Part shown: one piece after another, positions 43,255-54,910 of the stretch
How positions within the stretch are numbered: the stretch's first letter is position 1
Layout of the letters: every line of letters starts with the position of its first letter
Assembly: GCA_964016885.1 (NCBI GenBank)
Contig: OZ024748.1
Span: 9,486,001-9,550,000 of the forward strand
DNA length: 64,000 nucleotides
Origin: Eledone cirrhosa
Lineage: Eukaryota
Reading direction: 5' to 3'
Program-made: the position numbers and the translations under genes
The notes under the pieces: generated by a model
The model's input: only the letters and a program-made list of their open reading frames with translations
Database searches by the model: none
Told to the model about the DNA's origin: nothing

Positions 43255-43600
43255 TGATCGATCAGACGTGGCTACCTAAGGTCAGACTTGTTTACCCGAG
43301 GTCATATCAAGATAATTAAGGGTCAACTCAAGCTACTTGAGGTCAAAGTTGGTTAACTGACGTCAGATTTGGCTAGCTGAGATTAGACCAAGATACCTAA
43401 GGATTAGACCAAGTTACAAGGAGATCAGACCTGAGGTCAGACGTGTCTACCTGAGGTCAGACGTGTCTACCTGAGGTCAGACGTGTCTATCTAAGAGACT
43501 TTGCTATCTGAGATCAGACGTAGCTACTTGAGGTCAGACGTGGCTATCTGAGGTCTGATTTAGCTAAATGAGGTCAGCCCAGACTACTTGAGCTCTAACC
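43255..43600. repeat. Degenerate 20-bp tandem repeat
   Basis: ctgaggtcagacgtgtctac units. Confidence 0.75.
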
Positions 43601-44549
43601 AGCCAACTATGGCTAATGTCTTAGATTGTGTCACTGAATCTATTTCATGAATATCTTATTTTTTATATTTTTTCCACTTTTTTTAATTTCCCCCAAAATG
43701 TCTATTGAAGTTTGAAGCTTGTTTCACAGTTCAGTGGATTAATGGATGACTTGATAGATAATTGGTACTAAGTCACTTCCGTAAATATCTTATTATGGTC
43801 TTGAAATGACTCCTTAAAATGTCTTCAGATATTATAGCACCAGGAATTTAATAGAAAATGTTTTGATCCCTAAAATAGACAGATATATCAAAGAAGATCT
43901 CCTTAAATAAGAGTTAATCATTTCGGAAATCCAGCTGAGAAAAAGAACGAAAGGGAATAATCGATAAGTATTAGAGTTCTTCTCCAAATATAAACAAAAG
44001 TAATCAGTGATGAAAGAGACCAAAATAGAGATGTACTGGAAATGTAGCTTCATTAGTGGAGCTTTTGAAATATATCGTGTCGAGAGGGAATACTTAAGAT
44101 TGAATAGGGTCCTCTTAAGGAATGATTAGGAGGTTTATAACATTTAACTTATATATATATGTGTGTGTATCCCGGGTTCAATGGGGGTAACCACAGTAAG
44201 TAAGGTACTCAATACATAGCAGAGTATAAATATTTAATATAGAAATTAGCTTCTACAGGACTAGAACTGTTTCATTCGAAGGAAATAAATGAACCTTGAA
44301 TATTAGGAGTGCCTGCATTTGAATCATTCTGTATCACTATATTTTTCTCTAAATATAGTTTATTCAAATAATCCCCATTCTTTAAATCCACCAGCCAATA
44401 ACCTCCACCCATCCCAATCACCACCTTTCCCTACCAACAGAAAATGTATAAATACCACCATATCACATCGACAGTCGGCTTTCCTTCAAATGAAACAGTT
44501 CTATTCCTGTAGAAGCCATTTCTATATTATATACACAGACATACACACA

Positions 44550-44614
<65 letters not shown>

Positions 44615-44683
44615 AAAAAGGGATGAAATCGAAAATGCAACTGAAGTCTTATTTTTTTTTTAAATATATATATTTATTTGGTT

Positions 44684-44721
44684 CCTTTACCGGTTTCGCA
44701 GTTCTTCTGCTTTTCAAAAGG
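44684..44721 (-). ncRNA. Hammerhead variant with U3-A8 core (related copy 6109-6146; element copies 6039-6183 and 44613-44757)
   Basis: CCTT-TTGAAAA-GCAG AAGAA CTGC-GAAA-CCG-GTA^-AAGG; palindrome ACCGGT. Confidence 0.65.
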
Positions 44722-44755
44722 TGAATTGAGATGGAGGGTCTGTGGTTTTTCTCAC

Positions 44756-44787
<32 letters not shown>

Positions 44788-45996
44788 GTGTGTTTTATTG
44801 CTACATAAGTGAGACTAAAGGCAGTTAACGAGAGCTGTAACAGGTGCCAAATAGTTTGTTGAACAGTCTTGATGATCTAGCTTGATCTCACAACGTAGCA
44901 TCTTATCTGATAAATATACGTCAAAAATATAAAATATATTTATCTATGGTTTTATTAGAAAAAGAATCGTTAAATGCGTTGCGGTATTTCTTTCTGGACT
45001 CTGAGTTCAAATCCCACCGAGGTCAATTTTGCCTTCAATCGTTTCATGATCGATAAATGAACTATTAGTCAAAGTCATTGAATTGACGGAATTGGTATCT
45101 GTTCTGACTGAGTGTTCTGGTTTTAATACCCTCTCTTGGTAACGGTAAAATGGTACATGATATGACTGGGGTACCTAGCATTAAAACTACCCAAGAAATT
45201 CATGGGTGTATATGAATTGTAACAACATCAAACAAGAAGTGTAAAGGCCTTGATTGTTTAAGCTTCTCAGAAACTGCCGGGGAAATACGAAGGGAAAAAG
45301 ATAGGTTTCATGGATTGCTTTAGTAAGAGGCAACGTAACTTGATAACCAGAGACCAGAGATGTATAAAGACAGATACTTAGTCTGTCCCCAATAAACCAA
45401 GTTTCACTTGCAAAAGTTGGAGAGGAGGTGGTTTCAAAGAAGACATTTTCAATACAATTTGATTTGATTTGATGCTGAAATAAACCAAAGAAAAGGTCGT
45501 TTTAAGCAATGTTGGTTTTCTCTCCGAAGATTGTAGTATTGTTATATTTATTTTGAAATCCGCCCACAATGAAAACATAAAAAAGAAAACAATTTTGACA
45601 TTTAGCCACAACAGGTTTTTTAGATTAGGTAATAACTAACAAATAAACTTGAAATTCGTTGTATAAAAGAAACTTGCTTTTTAATAGAAAACAAGAACAT
45701 GTTGAATAATGGAGTAAACAACAATAATGGTTTCTGATTTAGGCACAAGGCCAACAATTTTTGGGGGGGGGGGGGGGTCGATGAAATCGACCCCAGTGCA
45801 TTACTGGTACTTTATTTTTTCAGACTACTATATCATCCATACCAAACCCATCCACGATACAGAATTTTACTTTGACTTTGTTGTTTTTCCTGTTTTATCA
45901 CAATTCCGACAATTCCGACATAAGTTGGGTCCTGATAAAAATAATAAAAGTAGCGGCATTTATTTATATATATATTTATATATATATTGTTCATTG

Positions 45997-46028
<32 letters not shown>

Positions 46029-46219
46029 GAATGTGTGTGTGTCTGTGTGAAAGAGTGAGTAAAGGAGTATGAGTCTGCGTGCGTGTATGTGAGAGAGAGT
46101 GAAAGTGTGTGTGTGTGTGTGTTTATCTATTTTCTACACATTGTCACAATGTCACGATTTGGGAGAATTGTCGACAAAGAAATCAATATTTCTACTGTAC
46201 ATTGGATGAACATTGTTCT

Positions 46220-46262
46220 TGTTGTTGTCGCTGCTGCTTCTGCTCCTGCTGCTGCTGCTGTA

Positions 46263-46293
<31 letters not shown>

Positions 46294-46375
46294 AAGTTGT
46301 TGTTGTCGCTGCTGCTACTGTAGTTGTTGTTGTTGCTGCTACTACTACTGCAGATGTTGTTGTTGCAGCTGTTGT
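46220..46375. repeat. (GCT)/(GTT) trinucleotide repeat
   Basis: Direct reading. Confidence 0.85.
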
Positions 46376-46901
46376 TTTATCTCAGATGAGCTCTGATTAA
46401 ACAGAACTCTCATCAAAGTTATTCCATCTATTTTCATCTTATCTTTGTTCCATATTTTATCCAATGTGTCAATCTCTGTTTTAAGATAATCAATTGTTTA
46501 TTTGAGAGGGATTTGGTTATTATTTCTAACACTTTACTTAACTATTATAGGTCACCACATCTTGAGAAATTAGTTCATAATGTTTTGAATTTATCTTCCC
46601 TTTTCTTTGAGATTCACCAACAAAAATTTCGTCTAAGCTTTGTTTTTATTTTCTTTCTGCAACTAAAATTGAAACTGGAATTAACTCATTCAGTAAATAA
46701 CTGCTTTACTTCTTTTTTAAATCTAAATTGAAGTCGTTGATTCACTCAAGTTATTTCTCCGAATATATTTTACATCCTTAAGCTAATGGCTTCGCTGCTT
46801 AAATATTTCGGTTTCAATGACTCGGCCAATTCTTTTCTTTTCTTTCGGGGAAAATCAGTTTTGAAACAGAATGAGTCAGAAGTGAAGAAGCACATGTACC
46901 G

Positions 46902-47047
46902 CCAAGGATGGTTGGTTTAAAACTGGTAGAGCTGCCTTGAAGCACCACAGGACCAAGGATGGTTGGTTTAAAACTGGTAGAGCTGTCTTGAAGCACCACA
47001 GGACCAAGGATGGTTGGTTTAAAACTGGTAGAGCTGTCTTGAAGCAC
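46902..47047. repeat. 51-bp tandem repeat, ~3 copies
   Basis: ccaaggatggttggtttaaaactggtagagctgtcttgaagcaccacagga. Confidence 0.85.
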
Positions 47048-47869
47048 GACAGGGTTTGTGTGTGGTGGGGTGCGGGTGTCAATATATATTGATTAGTTCT
47101 TATAAGGCAGGTATGGCCAGGAAGAATTTAGGTTTCGGGGTGAGAAAAAGGTTAAGTGTACTTGGAGTGTCTGTATGTCAGTCTGGGGGCGGGGGACAAA
47201 CATTTGTACTTTAACAAAACCAGAGATGAAAGTACCTCATCCCTGTTTTTCTGAGCTTATTTATTTATTTCATACATTTATTTATTGATTTTTTTCTGTA
47301 ATTTACCTGAATTTATTTCACACTTTTAATGTCATAAAATATCAAATTACGATTTTAGCTCGACTACGACACGTTTGTATATACTTATTTGTGTGTGTGA
47401 GTGTGTGTACCCAGCCTATAACACCTTTGTAGGTATTAGATAGCAAGTGAAAATAAGTATACAGGTGGACTCAGAGAAAGTTGTATTTAACACGTCTTGT
47501 ATTGAATGAGTGGACATATATAGAAAATAAATAGAAAATAATGAAAATCATTTTTTTTCTTGTAAAAATTTATTTATTTTAGCTTCGTTAATTTATATTA
47601 AGTGGTTTTAAGTGTAAGAAAAGTTTCTACTTGATTTTGGCAACATTACAGAAGAAAGGTATATATTAAGTCTGTGCATTTTGTCCCCCATCTGGGAAAA
47701 TGTCAATCTAATAAAACTGGTTTTTATTCCTCTTTGATATTTGTCTTTTTTAACAACATGGTAACAGATAGATAACATCCCCTCAAAGAAAAATCCAAAT
47801 ATCTCAGAAAATACCAAACAAAAAAAGATTTCGTATCGCATGTTGAAAAACAATGAATCTCTGTTTCTT

Positions 47870-48235
47870 TTCATTGTATCCACGCTAGGTTTTCTCAGTT
47901 CTTTTGCCTATGTCTCCACTGCTACGGGCTCGACCGCAAACCTGTCGGAGAGCGACCGAGAGTTTACCCTCCTCGGCTCGAAGGGCAACAGAGCTTGGGT
48001 TAGTCGCTGGAGAATGTGTCGCTGCAATGTGGCATCCCAGATGATAGGTTTACCACCGCGGAACGGGAAGATGGTCATGCCGTCTGGCCTTTTGCCGGCC
48101 CCTCGGTCCAACACCCCGGAGGCTCGAGCTGGGAGGAGAAACCTGCAGCATCCACGCCATGCTTTATGACCTCGTTGAGAGCAACATGGTGAGGAGGGCT
48201 GCCGGCACTGTAGCTATACTAACATTCAAGTACTG
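47870..48235 (-). pseudogene. Restriction-like endonuclease fragment of a CRE-type non-LTR retrotransposon
   Basis: LDRGAGKRPDGMTIFPFRGGKPIIWDAT ... FAVEPVAVET; GC-rich island in AT-rich DNA. Confidence 0.7.
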
Positions 48236-48244
48236 CCATACTAA

Positions 48245-48375
48245 CGCCCCTTTACGGTCTGAGTTCAAATCCCGTCGAGGTTAACTTTGCCTTTCATCCT
48301 TACGGGGCCGATAAAATAAAGTACCAGTAATGCACTGGATAATTGCTGGTATTGTGCCAAAAATAGAAACAATTA
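48245..48375 (+). mobile_element. SINE family 2, 5'-truncated
   Basis: B box, core and tail present. Confidence 0.75.
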
Positions 48376-48637
48376 TATTACTGTTATACTTATTATTCTA
48401 ATATTATAATTTATCAATCTTATAATGAAAATAAACTGAAATAAATATTTAATGTTTAAACAATGTTTCTGTAGTTTTAGATAACAATTATGAAGGACCA
48501 TTTCAACAGTTCTGTTTAATCTCAGAGATTCTGTGTTAGGAAATCTTGGAATTATCTTTAAAGATTTTTATGTTGCTTTACTTGATGATGATGATAATGT
48601 TATTGGTGGAAAACATGAAGAAAACTCCGCCTAAACA

Positions 48638-48684
<47 letters not shown>

Positions 48685-48702
48685 AATATCTCCGCCTAAA
48701 CA

Positions 48703-48783
<81 letters not shown>

Positions 48784-49201
48784 AATTAGCGAGAATCGTA
48801 TTTCGGCTTTGGAATTAGCGAAAAACAACTTCCGAGATGTGTGGCAAGCGCTCAATAATTCTGACGAACCAGGGCTACAACATACGTTAAAGGCCAAACA
48901 CACTGAGACGATGGTTAAACCGTCATCCGCACAACCATAGAAACGACCAAGTAATTCGGGTCAAACAAATAAAAAAATATGTGATTGAAAAATTTACCCG
49001 GACCCCTGGATGGTTGGTAAAATCCAGCATTTGGGTTTCTGCGACTCCTAAATCAAGTACTGTCCGCTTAGACAAATAATGTTAGGCTTCTGGTAAGATG
49101 ATTGAACATTGAACAAGGAAGTCACTTTCTGAACAGGTTTTAGTTCAAGTGCCAGGCAAGGAATATATACATATCTACCTCTCTCTCTCTCTCTCTCTCT
49201 C

Positions 49202-49313
<112 letters not shown>

Positions 49314-49403
49314 GGGTAAACAGAAATAACAAAAATAACAAAACAAACAGCACAGTACATGGAAGAAATATATTAGTTTAACGCTTGAAATAGCAGGAAG
49401 AGA

Positions 49404-49441
49404 GTCTTAACGTTTCGGACACTAGTCCTTCATCAGAAGAC
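49404..49441 (-). ncRNA. Minimal hammerhead motif
   Basis: GTCTT-CTGATGA-A-GGAC TAGT GTCC-GAAA-CGTT-AAGAC. Confidence 0.65.
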
Positions 49442-49744
49442 AGAATTAGAAATAGAAGATAAATAGAAAGTAAAGAGTGATGAGAGGAACAGGGAAAATG
49501 AGAAAAAAAAGATAGGGAGGAAAATAACACACACGTGCGTATTCAGTCGGCTGCGCATGCGTGCGTGTGTGTAAATGCCATCACTGATTCTAACTGTCTG
49601 TAGTATCATATATTTTAAATTCTATTATTTTTATTCTTTCTCTTAGACTTCAGATATTTTCTTGGATCCCTAAAATTCTACCGTTGATCCCAGGGGCCGC
49701 ACTTACCACCAGGCAAGCTGACAACCTGGTCAATCTACTCCTGA

Positions 49745-49846
49745 TATAATAATAGCTGGGGGGGGGGAGTATATTATATATATAATAATAGCTGGGTGGG
49801 GGGTATATTATATATATATATAATAGCTGGGGCGGGGGGGGGCAGG

Positions 49847-49899
<53 letters not shown>

Positions 49900-50425
49900 A
49901 ATAGCTGGGGGGGGGATATATTATATATATAATAGCTGGAGGGGCGGGGTATATTATATATATAATAATAGCTGGGTGGGGGTATATTATATATATATAA
50001 TAGCTGGGGGCAGGTATATTATATATATATATATATATATAATAGCTGGGATGGGGGGGTATATTATATATATATAATAGCTGGGGGGGATATATTATAT
50101 ATATATATATAATAGCTGGGGTGGGGGTATATTATATATATAATGGGGGGGGGATATTATATATATATATGATGGGGGGGTGTATTATATATATATTTAA
50201 TAGCTGGTGTATAATGTATATATAACTGGGGTGTATAGTGTATATATAATTGGGGTGGATAATGTATATATAATAATAACTGGGGTGTATAGTATATATA
50301 TAACAATAACTGGGGTGTATAGTGTATATATAATACTAACTGGGGTGTATAGTATATAAATAATAATAACTGGGTGTATAGTATATATATAACAATAACT
50401 GGGGTGTATAGTGTATATATATATA
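49745..50425. repeat. G-run/TA minisatellite
   Basis: aatagctgggggg...tatattatatata and aactggggtgtatagt units. Confidence 0.8.
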
Positions 50426-50427
50426 AT

Positions 50428-50603
50428 AATTGTTTCTACTTTTGGCACAAGGCCAGCAATTACCCCAGTACATTACTGGTACTTTATTTCATCGACCCCA
50501 TAAGGATGAAAGGCAAAGTTAACCTCGGCGGGATTTGAACTCAGACATAACTATGCTGGAAAGCATGTCCGACCCTCTACCGATACTGCCAATTCACCGC
50601 CCT
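50428..50603 (-). mobile_element. SINE family 2 copy, about 250 bp upstream of the paralog B promoter
   Basis: Reverse complement of 4379-4565 with a small internal deletion. Confidence 0.8.
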
Positions 50604-50857
50604 TATATAATATAATATATATATAATAATAACTGGGGTATATAACCAACCTCAGACCTGGCGGGATTTGAACACAGAATATAAAAGTGGGTTACTTGAT
50701 GCAGCCCCATTTACTGATTCTACCAATCTTGATAGAAAAAAAATGTTATTAAAACCAAATACATTGTTAAGTAAACATTGGTTTAAAAAGATTGTTAATA
50801 AAATGTTTGACATGTTTAGAAATTAGAAGGTTGGGAATATTAGAATGTGAAAAACAG

Positions 50858-50948
50858 CAGCTGTGTAAATGATAAGTGTCAATAGTCATTATAAATAGAG
50901 TTTAAAGATTTCTTCATTCACTTGAGCAACATTTCGTCCTTCTTCAAG
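50858..50948 (+). promoter_or_regulatory. Putative core promoter and 29-nt non-coding exon 1 of paralog B
   Basis: CAGCTG 50858-63, TGATAA 50870-75, TATAAATA 50890-97, ATTCACT Inr (A at 50920), donor AAG|gtaag at 50949. Confidence 0.7.
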
Positions 50949-51071
50949 GTAAGAATTTTTCTGCTCAATACTTCTTTTCTTTTGTGTATCTCTTCTATAT
51001 ACATATCAATGAGTTTAAAACTAGTTGTTGCAAGAGCAAGAGCTCAGCTGTCGGGGTCCCGACTCTTTCAT

Positions 51072-51148
<77 letters not shown>

Positions 51149-51630
51149 AGTAACAGCTGTACTTTAAGTAACAGCCATACTAAGAGTGGGAAATGAAATA
51201 TCGTTTCATTTTTTCCGTTTATATATATATATATATATCACGATAAATTAACGGAGGTATAGGCCGTCGTTTTTTTCCCTGTATTATTGATAACGCACTA
51301 TATATCTCTCTCTGGTGTGTTACCTTCTCAACATATTATATTTTAAAGGGCTCAGGATCTCTTCCCCTTTGAGCACATTATTTACAGGGAATAACGACGG
51401 CCTATGCCTCCGTTAATTTATCGTGATATTTCGCTCCTAACAACAGTCTTTCCTATCTCTGTTTGGTTGAACACACTTCTCTGAGTGGCTTTGGGCTGCC
51501 CTTTCTAGCAGTTCGTCTCTCAGAGGCCACTGGTTCACTGCCCTTAAACACGCTGTGACTTCTGTCTCTCACGTGTAGCTGGACAGTCAATTGTAAAATT
51601 CTCTTAGTGTTGTCTGAAATGTATGGCCTT

Positions 51631-51711
51631 ACACACGCTGATGAACCGAGACTAGACCATTTCTTTCAACAAATTTTTTGGTGAAACATATCTTTGGATT
51701 TGTACGTGTGT
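51631..51711 (+). ncRNA. Type I hammerhead with all three stems, sense strand in intron 1 of paralog B
   Basis: ACACACG-CTGATGA-(ACCGAGA/TTTTGGT)-GAAA-CATATC TTTG GATTT-GTA^-CGTGTGT. Confidence 0.75.
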
Positions 51712-51870
51712 TATATAGTTATAGAGGTATTTATTTACGCTTTAATTTATATTTTTAATTATCGTGTCTATAGTCTGCCTTTCATAGGTTATAGATTCCA
51801 TACACTGGTGGGTTTTTTCCCTGTATTATTGATAACGCACTATATATCTCTCTCTGGTGTGTTACCTTCT

Positions 51871-51912
<42 letters not shown>

Positions 51913-52062
51913 CAAAGACTACACCAATAATTACTCTAGTAGCACCACCACCCCCACCACCCCCATCTAGGATTTTTCTGCTCAATACTTCTTTTCTTTT
52001 GTGTATCTCTTCTATATACATATCAAGGAGTTTAAAACTAGTTGTCGGGGTCCCGACTCTTT

Positions 52063-52144
<82 letters not shown>

Positions 52145-52281
52145 CGTTATTCCGGGTTGAATCGGAGGTAACCACAGTAAGTAAGGTACTCAATACATAG
52201 CAGAGTATAACAGTTTTAATATAGAAGAGATTCTACAGGACTAGAACTGTTTCATTCATTAGAACTGTTTCATTCATTCAT

Positions 52282-52334
52282 GAGATTCCTGATGATTTCT
52301 AATGAATGAAACAGTTCTAGTCCTGTAGAATCTC
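52282..52334 (+). ncRNA. Type I hammerhead, sense strand in intron 1 of paralog B
   Basis: GAGATTC-CTGATGA-TTTC TAAT GAAT-GAAA-CAG TTCTAGTC CT-GTA^-GAATCTC. Confidence 0.75.
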
Positions 52335-52345
52335 TTCTATATTAA

Positions 52346-52376
<31 letters not shown>

Positions 52377-52504
52377 ACAAAGAAAGTGTCGTAAGGTACC
52401 AGGTGGACCATAACGCACCAGAGTACTCGGCCGGAGCTCAGCCGTCGGGGTCCTGACTCTTTTCCTATATATATATAAATTTGTATATATATGTATATAT
52501 ATAT

Positions 52505-52910
52505 GACTAAGTTGGGTCAAGCTAATATCCCCAAACGCTTCTTCTCTATCCTATCCAAACACTCCCCCCCCCCAACCATAGATATTACAAACTCTTTAAT
52601 AAAAATAACATTAAAATCTCATTCTCCACAACACCTAACCTAGCTAGCCACATCGCGTTCAGTAACCATCATAAGTTGATGGATGTGAATCCGAAATATA
52701 TAGGGACAATTAAATGTCTCCCAAGGTAACTCTCTCTCGTATTGTTATTTTATCCTTTATACTCTTTCCTTCATTCCTCTACACGTCTTATACACGCCAC
52801 GCATCTCAACGTACACCCACTTACATCTCTCTCTCCACCACCGGATCTTGTTACCCGGAGATTTACCCATTTGCATTGTCGAGGCTTCCAAACGACTTAA
52901 AGATATTTAC
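52505..52910 (+). mobile_element. Degenerate Penelope-like fragment
   Basis: ANIPKRFFSILSKH../HRYYKLFNKNNIKISFSTTPNL resembles the PLE RT-EN linker; the 3' part is similar to 38845-38935. Confidence 0.6.
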
Positions 52911-53170
52911 CATATATATATATATAATATAATATATATATATATAATATATATATATAATATAATATATATATATATAATATATATATATAATATAATA
53001 TATATATATATATATAATATATAATATATATATATATATATAATATATATATATATAATATATGTATAATGTATAATATGTATATAATATATATATATAT
53101 ATAATATATATATAATATATGTATAATGTATAATATGTATATAATATATATATATATATAATATATATAT

Positions 53171-53246
<76 letters not shown>

Positions 53247-53459
53247 ATATATATATATATATATAATATATATATATATAATATAAAATATTAAAAAAAT
53301 AATGAATAAAACAATGAAACAGTTCCTTATATTAAACAAAAAAAGTTCATTATTTAACGATCGTTTCTAGGACATATATGTGTTAGAATTGGCATGCATA
53401 TTCAAAAGATCTATGTACAAAATTATACAAAATTATACAAACTATCAAATAGAATATAC

Positions 53460-54180
53460 ATAAGTTACATAATATACTATAAGTTACAAAATATATACCA
53501 TAATCTTATATATATAAAGCTACATAATATACCATAAGTTACATAATATACCATAAGCTACATAATATACCATAACCTACATAATATACCATAAGCTACA
53601 TATGTAAAGCTACATAATATACCATAAGCTACATAATATACCATAAGCTACATAATATACCATAACCTACATAATATACCATAACTTACATAATATACCA
53701 TAAGCTACATAATATACCATAACCTACATAATATACCATAAGCTACATAATATACCATAAGTTACATAATATACCATAAGCTACATAATATACCATAACC
53801 TACATAATATACCATAAGCTACATATGTAAAGCTACATAATATACCATAAGCTACATAATATACCATAAGTTACATAATATACCATAAGCTACATAATAT
53901 ACCATAACCTACATAATATACCATAAGCTACATATGTAAAGCTACATAATATACCATAAGCTACATAATATACCATAAGTTACATAATATACCATAAGCT
54001 ACATAATATACCATAACCTACATAATATACCATAAGCTACATAATATACCATAACTTACATAATATACCATAAGCTACATAATATACCATAAGCTACATA
54101 ATATACCATAAGCTACATAATATACCATAAGCTACATATGTAAAGCTACATAATACACCATAAGTTACATTACATACCAT
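53460..54180. repeat. 19-bp minisatellite in intron 1 of paralog B
   Basis: Unit taccataagctacataata. Confidence 0.9.
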
Positions 54181-54388
54181 ATAATGTCTTCTAGCAAAGA
54201 TATTCTTTTCTGTCCTTAATCGAAGCCTATAATATCTTATATAATCGAAGCCTATAATATCTTATATAATTGTGTCAACACCTACATTCAGTTGTTGCCA
54301 GAAAATATGTTTTAGTTGACAACTTTAAAAAATTCTTCAATATTGAAAATTTTTCTTTTTTAATATAATTTTAGAAATCTTCTCAACC

Positions 54389-54554
54389 ATGAAGTGTGTC
54401 TTCCTTATTGCCTTGTGTGTTGTAGCAGCCAGCGCCATTGTTTGTCTACCAGGTGTCTGTAACTCTGTTAAATGTGCTGCAGTAGAAAACTGTGCTGATG
54501 GAAAACTTCACAAAACTTTTTGTGGATGTTGTGATACTTGTGTAAAGTATTTGA
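54389..54554 (+). CDS. Paralog B coding exon 1 (transcript exon 2, begins 54375)
   Basis: ttttag acceptor at 54373-54374, donor gtaagt at 54555. Confidence 0.9.
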
Positions 54555-54856
54555 GTAAGTTGATTCTTGTCAAAGATTTGATGGAGTGTAGAGCTAAATT
54601 GGGACAGAATCTTCAGTAAATCAGTATTAATGGGTGTCGAAACTGATACAAACATTGTTATTGGGGATTAGCAGAAATATTTTAGTGTCAGGTAAATGTT
54701 TTGCAGTATTTGTTCAGGCTCTTTACTTTCTGAGCTCAAACTTTCCTTTCACTCTTCCAGAGTTAATAAAATAAAATATCAATGAAATATCTCGATTGAT
54801 TTAATCTACTTTGGGTTCCCTCAAAGTCTTATGCTTAAATTAGAAACTACTACTAA

Positions 54857-54910
<54 letters not shown>

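Noticed and set aside
43700-45660. Coding-like decayed stretches and a strong minus-strand acceptor near 45475
   Set aside because: Multiple stops and no family motif I can recognise; needs BLASTX.
46083-46400. Poly-Ala/Val or poly-Cys ORF
   Set aside because: Arises from a trinucleotide repeat, with no supporting gene structure.
48860-48960. CTGACGA...GAAAC hammerhead candidate (also 57960-58080 on the minus strand)
   Set aside because: Stems I and II could not be paired convincingly.
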